Part shown: piece by piece, positions 1 through 10,490 of the stretch
Numbering within the stretch: position 1 is the stretch's first letter
Layout: the number at the start of each line of letters is the position of its first letter
NCBI GenBank assembly: GCA_964016885.1
Contig: OZ024740.1
Span: forward strand, 58,218,001-58,282,000
Reading direction: 5' to 3'
From: Eledone cirrhosa
Taxonomy: Eukaryota
Length of the DNA: 64,000 nucleotides
The notes under the pieces: model-generated
The model's input: the letters and a program-made list of their open reading frames with translations, nothing else
Told to the model about the DNA's origin: nothing
Database searches by the model: none
Translations under genes and position numbers: made by a program

Positions 1-448
1 TGTTGTTTTGACATTTTTTATAGAATATATTATTGGTTATTTTTCTAAATCTATAGAAGGATTAGAGATAGTAAAGATATGCGTGGTTGGTTTTGTGTTT
101 GCACTTAACATTCAGACTTAAATTTTTCTTTCAAGTGTACGTATTCTTTCACCCACGCATTCACACACAAATATATTTGCACACCTCTACAAAATACATA
201 TACTCACAATTCACATATTCATACTTACATATATATACACATGCATACACATATATATACACACATGTATTCATGTACATACATACGCGCTCATGTGTAT
301 ACATTTTCATACTCAACTTATCTTTATATATACACACGTATAGACACACACATATATACATACATACTCTAGTCCATGTGTACACACATACACATACATA
401 CACATCCATATACACATACATACATACACACATACATACACACATATA

Positions 449-504
<56 letters not shown>

Positions 505-1548
505 CATACATATACATATATACACATATATACATATACACACACACACATATATATATATATAAGCACTTTAATACATGAATACACTTACATCTAACTA
601 TACACATCAAACATATATATATATTTACTTATTTATATACATTTTCACATATATATACATACTTATGGACGTTTTTAGACACATTCATTATCGCATATTT
701 GTACCTATTCTCATCAGCATATCTTTTCATTATTAGTATGGTAATTTAAGGTTATTAATATATGTTGAGAAGAGATTGTTTTTATATTTTTCTAACTAGA
801 TTAAGGTTTATATAGATGGGGGATGTCCCTCTTTTATGTAATATTCTGCTTGTAGTGGGAAAAAAGGGTTTTAGTTCTGTGACGGCAGAATAATGTTCGT
901 TCAATTCTGTTATTCAGCAGTTTCTTCTTGTGTGTGATTATGTAATAAATCTCAAGATTACACAATTTTAATGTAACAACTTTAGCAGAAAAAGCTTGGA
1001 CGCTCAGGGATAGCAATCAAAAGTTTACCCTAAAATGGGAAAAATTAGCTAAAACCCAAAGCTTTTCCAGGAGCCAAAATTTCTGCAAATTGTGTAATCT
1101 TGAGATTTATTACATAATCACACACAAGAAGAAACTGCTGAATAACAGAATTGAACGAACATTATTCTGCCGTCACAGAACTAAAACCCTTTTTTCCCAC
1201 TACAAGCAGAATATTACATAAAAGAGGGACATCCCCCAACTATATAAACCTTAATCTAGTTAGAAAAATATAAAAACAATCTCTTCTCAACATATATTAA
1301 TAACCTTAAATTACCATACTAATAATGAAAAGATATGCTGATGAGAATAGGTACAAATATGCGATAATGAATGTGTCTAAAAACGTCCATAAGTATGTAT
1401 ATATATGTGAAAATGTATATAAATAAGTAAATATATATATATGTTTGATGTGTATAGTTAGATGTAAGTGTATTCATGTATTAAAGTGCTTATATATATA
1501 TATATGTGTGTGTGTATATGTATATATGTGTATATATGTATATGTATG

Positions 1549-1604
<56 letters not shown>

Positions 1605-2036
1605 TATATGTGTATGTATGTATGTGTATATGGATGTGTATGTATGTGTATGTGTGTACACATGGACTAGAGTATGTATGTATATATGTGTGTGTCTATA
1701 CGTGTGTATATATAAAGATAAGTTGAGTATGAAAATGTATACACATGAGCGCGTATGTATGTACATGAATACATGTGTGTATATATATGTGTATGCATGT
1801 GTATATATATGTAAGTATGAATATGTGAATTGTGAGTATATGTATTTTGTAGAGGTGTGCAAATATATTTGTGTGAATGCGTGGGTGAAAGAATACGTAC
1901 ACTTGAAAGAAAAATTTAAGTCTGAATGTTAAGTGCAAACACAAAACCAACCACGCATATCTTTACTATCTCTAATCCTTCTATAGATTTAGAAAAATAA
2001 CCAATAATATATTCTATAAAAAATGTCAAAACAACA
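1..2036. repeat. Large near-perfect inverted repeat (arms 1-968 and 1087-2036, 118-bp spacer); left arm runs off the window
   Basis: 1-60 (tgttgttttgacatttttta...) is the reverse complement of 1977-2036. ...ctcaagattacacaattt (ending 968) mirrors aaattgtgtaatcttgag... (from 1087). Arms differ mainly in microsatellite length. Confidence 0.95.
970..1221 (+). pseudogene. C-terminal fragment of a PLE GIY-YIG endonuclease
   Basis: Manual translation NVTTLAEKAWTLRDSNQKFTLKWEKLAKTQSFSRSQNFCKLCNLEIYYIITHKKKLLNNRIERTLFCRHRTK aligns with TTLASYVWDLK..FTLKWKIL..CDLC..E..LLNK..CMH of the 5907-7331 ORF. Confidence 0.85.
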
Positions 2037-2172
2037 GATGGGAATCTAATTACTCACTGCCACCAAGAATTCTCACTGCTATCGAAAAACCACTCCTTCA
2101 ACTATTCTTCTAACAACTTCACCCCTCCCTCCTAATATTCTCTATAAAAACTAAATAGGTCCTCAGTAATAT

Positions 2173-2218
2173 TATTCTGATGAAATGACAGTAAATAATA
2201 ACATTGAAATATTGAATG
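2173..2218 (+). ncRNA. Degenerate minimal hammerhead ribozyme motif
   Basis: tatt-CTGATGA-aatg...catt-GAAA-tat-TG-aatg. Helices I and II pair, but the cleavage-site H position is G, so it is probably inactive. Confidence 0.4.
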
Positions 2219-2435
2219 TCTGCATAACTAAAAGTTTGTAGATAGCTGTTTTAGGTTATGTAACTGTTATAGAAACACGTGTCAATAAATTCCTTTCAAC
2301 TAAACTGTATCCATTCAAATCTTTCTATTTTTCTCCGGATTACTTTTGGAACTACAACTGGAACCGTCGAGCAAACTCTACGTGAGCTGATAATCTACTG
2401 TGTGTAATATTTATATTACAACACAACGGAAAATA

Positions 2436-2853
<418 letters not shown>

Positions 2854-4635
2854 TTGAAATTTCCGTTGAAAACAGAAAAGGTCATAGAAGTGAAGAGTGC
2901 TCTATGTAATTACCAGACCAAAATTTAATGTATAAAAATCAATACAATATAATTACCTCATTACCAAAGGTTTCCCGAATGAGGCGAATACGAAAGAAAC
3001 GTCTTCATTCGTTCTTCAGACGAGGCAATATAAAACATGGCTAAATACTTGGAAAGTCTCATCAAGAAAAGCAAAAAAAAATATAGACAAATGAATTACA
3101 ATATGAAATATATAAAAATCTTTCAAGAAATATAGTTAGGTGTGTGTATATGTATGTATATACGCTCACAGATGTGCATATATGTGTATGTACAAATGTA
3201 TACGTATAGTGAAAAAGTGTGCATAAATATATATTTTAGGGCAAATGTATCTGTGTGTCTGTAAGCTACAGACAGACATGATGTGGTTTTCTGTTTGGCA
3301 GGTACACGGAAAAAATAGGGTAATAGATACATTATAAGAATATGAAGACACGCGTATAAACACACCCACACACACGTACACTTATATGCGGAAGTAAAAG
3401 AGGTAAGGGAGTGTAATAATTAAAAGAAAGTATTGTTCTCGATATATTTATAAAAATGGAACAATAATTTAGAAAGAAAAAATTAAAGAAAAGAAGACAA
3501 ACAAGGTACACGCATACACACACACGTATATCTACAAGAAACGTATATCTATAAGAAATATATATATATACACGCAAAAAACGTGCAGACAAAGCGTATG
3601 CAAGTACATCTACATACACAGGATACACGTAAATACGAATATACGCCTCACCCCATGTATATCTAATCACGCGCACGCACGCGACTGTATACACACTCGC
3701 ACACACACACACAAAAAAAAACCCACAAAAATATACATGCTTAAATACACACGCACACTTACACATCCATACATTCGATACGTACACACACACATACTTA
3801 CACTCACGCATATTGACCTGTTTGCATGCACACGCATAAAAATAAGGATGAAAAAAGGAAGAAGAAAAAAATAAAAACAAAAAAAACATAGATGTAAAAA
3901 CACGGATATAAAGACACATACACATACATATACAAGTATACACGCACGCGCGTGCACATACGTAAGCGCTCGTGTACATATATAGAAAGTGTACACACAT
4001 TAAGGCGTTCAGACACATAGATACAGGGTGTAAAAAAGTAAGTACAAATATAAAATTATAAGATTGGCTGCAAAAAAATAAAAAATAAAAATAAAAAATA
4101 TCTGAAGTGGAAAACGCAAGTGACTTGTGTAATCAGTTAGTGAAGAAAATAGAGAAGTAAAAAGTGGAAAGTGAAGATATTAGGTAAGTGAATCGGAGAA
4201 TAAAGGGGGGGGGGGGGTATTGGTGGATTTGAAGTAAAAGTAAAATTAAAAATAAAAATAAAAATTAAATTAATAATAAGGATAAAAATGAAAGTAAATC
4301 AGAAATGGTAGTTATAAAGAGAATAATAAGAGTTTATGGACGATAAGTATCTGAAAGTATGTTAAGTATATATGATCTGGAAAGCAGGTGTGATTTCATG
4401 TGTGGGCAACTGGTGAAAATTTCCGTCTTCGTGTTCAGGCAGTTCTTTGTTGATTTAAGATTTTGCAAGATCCAATATTTTTCATTTATGCAGAGCGTGC
4501 ATTTTCTTGTTCCTCTTGCATATTCTTTAGATTGGTTCAAAATTGACCAATCCAATTTATATTGGATGCCTTGGTCTTTCAAATCCCAAATTCTGCTAGC
4601 CAGAGCTGTTGTAAATCTTTTTTCTGGATGTCGAA
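2854..4635 (-). mobile_element. Penelope-like element, 5'-truncated (GIY-YIG C-terminus 4334-4635 plus long 3' UTR with hammerhead)
   Basis: ORF 4334-4648(-) [32 protein letters not shown]...[12 protein letters not shown]...[13 protein letters not shown]. Hammerhead at 2953-3028. Both ends abut (TA)n. Confidence 0.85.
2953..3028 (-). ncRNA. Type I hammerhead ribozyme
   Basis: Minus strand: ttgcctcgt-CTGAAGA-a-cgaatga...tcattcg-g-GAAA-cc-ttt-gg-TA-atgaggtaa. 9-bp helix I (two G-U), 7-bp helix II, short helix III, GUA cleavage triplet. Confidence 0.85.
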
Positions 4636-5275
<640 letters not shown>

Positions 5276-5790
5276 GTACGTTATTCCGGGTTGAATCGGA
5301 GGTAACCACAGTAAGTAAGGTACTCAATACATTGCAGTGTATAAAAGTTTTAATATAGATGAGATTCTACAGGACTAGAACTGTTTCATTCTTTAGAAAT
5401 CATCAGGAATCTGGGTATCAAAAAATAAATATGGTATTTATAGGTCTCTACAAGTGGTAGGAGAGGGTGGGGAGTGGGATGGTTGTAGGTCATTGGTTGA
5501 TAGAAAAGGGAATTCATTAAAAGCTAATTCTACAAAGCTATAGTTTATTTTTAATTTTTGTTTTTAGAGTAACAAAGGCAGACAGAATTCTATAAACAGG
5601 TTCCGGATGGCATACCATTCCTTGTCATTAAGTTTCTCTTAAGCTAACAGATGTCTATAAGATCAGTGGGGGGTCAGTCATGGTAGATAGAATTAAAGGA
5701 AAGGGAGATTCTTTAAAAGCTAAATTCATTAAGGTTCTACTAAGTGACAAAGGTTTAGAGAATTCTGTAGACAGATTGAAAATACTGAGT
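5276..5790 (-). mobile_element. PLE 3' UTR/pLTR fragment (non-coding)
   Basis: Contains a hammerhead (5362-5412) and GTATTGAGTAC (5320-5330), and ends at (TA)n. 5' boundary approximate. Confidence 0.7.
5362..5412 (-). ncRNA. Type I hammerhead ribozyme
   Basis: Minus strand: agattc-CTGATGA-tttc-taaa-gaat-GAAA-cag-ttctagtc-ctg-TA-gaatct. 6-bp helix I, intact core, GUA triplet. Confidence 0.85.
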
Positions 5791-5906
5791 GCATATCTAC
5801 AATTATTTTCGAACTTCTCTTAAACTAATCAACTATATGCCAAAAATCAACAGACACACACTCGCGCGCAACCATAAACACACATACACATACACATATA
5901 CACACA

Positions 5907-7331
5907 TTACCCGACAAACACCACACTCGCTTCCTGCAACTCGACATAGAAAACTACTATGCCTCTATCTCGGAGCCCCTCCTGAAGGACGCAATTAACT
6001 TTGCCAGGAATTTTACCACCATTACCGATGCTGAGCAAGTTGTTATCCTCCACGCTCGTAAGACCTTTCTATACCACGATGGATCTTACTGGATCAACAA
6101 GAAATCTCAGACCCCATTTGACGTTAGCATGGGGGCGAGTGACTCGGCTGAAATTAGCAACCTTGTGGGCCTGTACATCCTACATCACCTGAAGAACCTC
6201 TTTACCGGCCTAACGGGAGGTTTATACCGAGACGACGGCCTCTTTGCCCTGCATAAGGTTAACCCCAGAACCACCGATGGGTTTCGGAAAAACTTAAGCT
6301 CTTTCTTCTCTAATCTAGGATTTAGTATAACTATAGAATCTAATTTGACTAGGGCCAACTTCTTAGATGTCACTCTCGACCTAGATACTTCCCTCTATTA
6401 CCCGTACCACAAACCTAACGAGCCCCTTAAATATATTAATGTTAATTCAAACCACCCCCAAAACATTACTGATAACCTAGTAAAAAGCGTCTCTATTAGA
6501 ATATCTGGCCTCTCCGCCAACATAGATATTTTTAATGCATCTGCCTCCTACTACAATGACATCCTCGCCCGTAGTGGATTTAAAGATAAGATAACTTACC
6601 TAGAAACCACCGCAAGATTGCAGAGGAGGAATAGACATAGGCATATTAGCTGGTACAACCCTCCCTTCAATAGAGAGGTATCTACTCCGATAGCTAGGAT
6701 TTTCTTCACTTTGCTGAAGTTACACTTCCCCATACAACATAGGTACCACACCATCTTTAATAAGAACACAATAAGACTGTCTTACTCCACCACACCTAAC
6801 CTAGCTAGGAATATAGCCAACCACAATTCTAAAAAATTAAATAAGCCAACCACCTCCGAACCCAATCCCCGGACTGGGGCTCTATGTAATTGCCTAAATA
6901 AGGAAGCATGCCCACTTGAAAACAAATGCCTCACAAATGATATCGTATACAAATGCGATGTCATCTCAGGCACCGAGGATTGCAAAAAAACTTACATCGG
7001 CTTGACCTCCAACAACTTTAAGACCCGTTGGTATGCCCATACCCACTCCTTCAGAAGACCGGATAAATCAAATCAGACAACACTCGCCTCCTACGTTTGG
7101 GACCTCAAAAGGAACTCCACCCCCTTCACACTTAAATGGAAAATACTCCAGAAAGCGCGCTCTTACAACGGAGGACACAAGGGCTGCGACCTTTGTATTT
7201 CAGAGAGCTACGAAATTTTATTCGCCAAGGGCCCGCTACTGAACAAACTCTCTGAACACTGCCCGAACTGCATGCACAAGAACTTTGCAACTTTCAAACA
7301 CTTTAAGCCAGTGTTAAAGCCCGATGGCTAA
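5907..7331 (+). CDS. PLE reverse transcriptase plus C-terminal GIY-YIG endonuclease (partial, no true start)
   Basis: The frame of ORF 6129-7331 stays open back to ~5907 (LPDKHHTRFLQLDIENYYASISEPLL...FDVSMG). Motifs YRDD, NFLDVTLDL, SNHP, CNC..CPL..C linker, IVY..YIG..FKTR..H, CDLC..E, LLNK..CMH. Confidence 0.9.
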   Translation, partial: LPDKHHTRFLQLDIENYYASISEPLLKDAINFARNFTTITDAEQVVILHARKTFLYHDGSYWINKKSQTPFDVSMGASDSAEISNLVGLYILHHLKNLFTGLTGGLYRDDGLFALHKVNPRTTDGFRKNLSSFFSNLGFSITIESNLTRANFLDVTLDLDTSLYYPYHKPNEPLKYINVNSNHPQNITDNLVKSVSIRISGLSANIDIFNASASYYNDILARSGFKDKITYLETTARLQRRNRHRHISWYNPPFNREVSTPIARIFFTLLKLHFPIQHRYHTIFNKNTIRLSYSTTPNLARNIANHNSKKLNKPTTSEPNPRTGALCNCLNKEACPLENKCLTNDIVYKCDVISGTEDCKKTYIGLTSNNFKTRWYAHTHSFRRPDKSNQTTLASYVWDLKRNSTPFTLKWKILQKARSYNGGHKGCDLCISESYEILFAKGPLLNKLSEHCPNCMHKNFATFKHFKPVLKPDG

Positions 7332-8247
7332 AAACGACCTCCCTCTATTGGCCCCTATACCTCCATCCCACCCTACCCCCACCCCTCCTCAACCTGTAAT
7401 ACGGCCACTATGTAATACGCACGAGCTCACCTGGAGTGCTTGGAAAAATAAATTTCCCCTTGCTTCGGTAAATGAAAATACTCGGCGTAGCTTAATTCGC
7501 CATGGGGCCCGGGGCGCGGCCGGTGTTTTAAACGCCACATAGTACCTTTAAATTACAGAACAAATCGGAACTATTAGATATATCAACCTGAAAATGTTAA
7601 ACTGTTGAACTTTAAATTTTCTAACCTCTTTAATATGGAATATTGATTATTAATTTTTTTAACTTCATCCTAGAAGTCTAAACACTGTAACACACTGACT
7701 CCCAATATATTCACCTCTGCTAAGATACGGGTCCCTGTGAAAATTTTCTCGTGCCACTCCTGGACTGACTGTGGTCTGACATTAATATCGACCTTTCTTC
7801 CTCTTTCTATCTTCCTTCTTGTAGCCATCAACCCTTACTTTTCTACTTCTCTCTTCTCTTCCTTCTCTTCTCCCCTCTTCCTGTCTTCCTCCCGCAGACT
7901 TATCTTCCTTCCCCCTCTTGCTTGCCTATATCTGACCGGTAGTAGTTGCCTTTCCTCTTTTAGCTGACATTAACCCTGGCCTCTCTTCTTCTTTCTTCCC
8001 CCTTCTTCTCTCTCCTTCCTTTCTTTCTTTCTTTTACCGTGTGTCATGAGATTGACGCTAACTTATGTTCCCATCCCTTTCTGTTTTCGTTTATCTGACC
8101 GGTAGTAGCATACTATAAACTTTAGCCAGTCACTCCAGGGCGACCGGCTGGGGTTTATAGGAAAAGGAACAGAATAGCGGTCGCCCTCGGGTCCTCGATT
8201 TTCAGCCCCATGGATTTTATCTATTACATTCACGTATTATATTTCGA

Positions 8248-8305
8248 ATACCTGATGATATCACCGGATTCATACGGAACCCGGTCATTGAAATGATCAT
8301 AGTAT
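8248..8305 (+). ncRNA. Minimal type I hammerhead ribozyme in PLE pLTR
   Basis: atac-CTGATGA-tatcaccgg...ccggtcatt-GAAA-tgatca-TA-gtat. Palindromic TGATCA in helix III, as in dimer-type PLE hammerheads; AUA triplet. Confidence 0.8.
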
Positions 8306-8382
8306 AATAAACCTTTCAAGGATTTACACAAATCCAGCCTCCTGTCATTTCATTATTATATATACATATATATATATGTATA

Positions 8383-8417
<35 letters not shown>

Positions 8418-8419
<2 letters not shown>

Positions 8420-9536
8420 TCTTTTAATCTTTTACTCTTTTACCTGTTTCAGCCATCCGGCTGAGGCCATGCTGGGGCACCGCCCTTGTTGCTACACATT
8501 TTATCTCCAGCCTGTATAGGTTGGCCACTGGTGTAAGAGGGAGTTTGTTGCTGCTGCTCTTAGGTTTCCCTCGTGTCTTGCTGTCGGGTCATCCGGGATC
8601 CTGGACAACAAGGCGTCGAGATGTTTCTTGAAGACATCCACCTCCACGTCATGCAAATCTCTCAGATCCCTTGGCAGCTTGTTGAAGAGTTGAGGGCCCT
8701 TGAATCCCAGGCTATTGCAATATCTGCTCCTTATTCTAGATGTGGAAGACGGGACCTTTGACACCACACAGTGACGTCCTGTTCGATGGTTGGTCCAGCT
8801 CCCAATGCCAAAGTTTGGTGCTAGTCCCTCCAGGATTTTCCACATGTAGATCACTGCGTATATCTCCCGTCTTCGCTCCAAGGAGTAGAGGTTCAGTTCC
8901 TTTAGCCTCTCCCAGTAGCTTGTCTCCCTTATCTTGGCAATCAATCCTCTTGGTGTAGCTTAGCTGGATTGCCTCAAGCTCCGTGGTTAGTTGGACAATA
9001 TGGGGTGACCACAACTGGGAGCAGTAGTCCAGGGCGGCTTAGGACAAATGTCCTCCATAGTGTCAACATGGTGTCTCAATCTCTTGTCCGGAAAGTCCTC
9101 AAGATCCAGCCAGCGAGTCGTCTGCACATTGTCGCCACTCTCATGATGTGTGAAGAAAAAGATGCATTATCGCTCATGTCTATGCCCAGGTCTCGTATCG
9201 ATTTTGACATGGGGATATCGGTCCCTCCTGGTCCTGTGTAGTTGTGTTCCACTATATTTGTGTTTGCAGGTTTATTTGGAGGTTTGTATTGTAGGGCTTG
9301 GAATTTGCCAGCATTAAACTGCATGTTGTTTTCTTCTGCCCATTTGTATATGTCATCCAGATCCTGCTGTAAAAGGGCAGCGTCAGCCGGGTTTTTGATT
9401 GCCTGTGCTACCTTAGTGTCATCAGCATAGCTAGTAAGGGATGTTGTTGTATGTACTACAGAGGACATGTCTGAGAGAGCCACCAAAAACTAGTGGTCTC
9501 AGGACTGTCCCCTGGGGGCACCCCACTTGTTATTGG
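8418..9536 (-). mobile_element. CR1-clade LINE, 3' part of ORF2 (frameshifted) plus 3' tail
   Basis: SYADDTK..LQQDLDDIYKWAEENNMQFNAGK, RDLGI, WILRTF, WSP, SYWERLKELNLYSLERRR across ORFs 9076-9486, 8736-9014 and 8501-8944. Short-repeat tail (gtaaaaga) near 8420; cut by the gap. Confidence 0.88.
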
Positions 9537-9736
9537 NNNNNNNNNNNNNNNNNNNNNNNNNNNNNNNNNNNNNNNNNNNNNNNNNNNNNNNNNNNNNNNN
9601 NNNNNNNNNNNNNNNNNNNNNNNNNNNNNNNNNNNNNNNNNNNNNNNNNNNNNNNNNNNNNNNNNNNNNNNNNNNNNNNNNNNNNNNNNNNNNNNNNNNN
9701 NNNNNNNNNNNNNNNNNNNNNNNNNNNNNNNNNNNN
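9537..9736. other. Assembly gap (200 N)
   Basis: Run of N. Confidence 1.
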
Positions 9737-9942
9737 GAGGTGCCACTGCAAAAAAGCACCCAGCCCACACTGTAAAGTGGACGTGTAGGTGCCACGGAAA
9801 AAAAAGCACCCAGCACTCACTGTAAATGAGGTTGGTGTTAGGAAGGGCATCCAGCTGTAGAAATCAAGCCAGAATCAGTTCCCGTCCCACCCTTGCAAGC
9901 ACGGAAAAGCGGACGTAAAATGAAATGATGATGAAATGATGA
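9737..9942 (+). mobile_element. 3' end of an RTE-tailed SINE/RTE hybrid
   Basis: aaaaagcacccagcactcactgtaaatgaggttggtgttaggaagggcatccagctgtagaaatcaagcc...ggacgtaaaatga(tga)n, as in 37245-37382 and the RTE 3' UTRs. Confidence 0.85.
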
Positions 9943-10394
9943 GTCAGTAGCTATGTTTTCCATGTGTGTTTACTTTCATAATTACACACGAGGTGCATTA
10001 GCCTGCTTTTAAATTCCTTTTCTGGCATATTTTAGCAGTGAATTTTGATTATCGTATTTTGAGCTCTACTGATGAACGACACCAACCGTGACTAATCCCA
10101 CTGAAAAGTTTTGTGAAATAGTCTTTTTAATACTATATAGAGCATTTGTAGTTTTTCCAAATTGAAGGATAAGTATTTAACCTTAATTTTATTCTGAGTT
10201 AAGACTCTATTGGTTTTTTCCCTGGATTTCACAAAATCTGTGGATAAAATTTCCGTCTTGACTTTTTTTTTTAATTGAGTTTGAATTATTTTCCCATTTC
10301 TTACGTTAAGTATTTTCCATTTTGACGTTATAGTCACTTATATATTATGAAATACTGTTGGCTTCTTGCTCACATTAATTTCTCTATTTTCATT

Positions 10395-10426
<32 letters not shown>

Positions 10427-10490
10427 TATAGATGATGATGATGATGGTGGTGGCGATGGCGGTGGCGGTGGCAGATAGATGGATAGATAT

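Larger units (their letters stand above)
5907..8358 (+). mobile_element. Penelope-like retroelement (probably Naiad-type), 5'-truncated, with 3' UTR/pLTR
   Basis: RT + GIY-YIG ORF followed by ~1 kb UTR, a hammerhead at 8248-8305 and a (TA)n run. Clade call rests on recalled motifs (FDVxMG, GLYRDDGL, WYNPP, CNCx5CPL). Confidence 0.9.

Noticed and set aside
1338-1344. CTGATGA in the PLE UTR (and its mirror at ~711)
   Set aside because: No downstream helix II or GAAA.
9441-9850. ORFs with X runs
   Set aside because: They span the 200-N assembly gap.
10069-10095. CTGATGA-acg...cgt-GAC hammerhead-like core
   Set aside because: No GAAA and no helix I/III.
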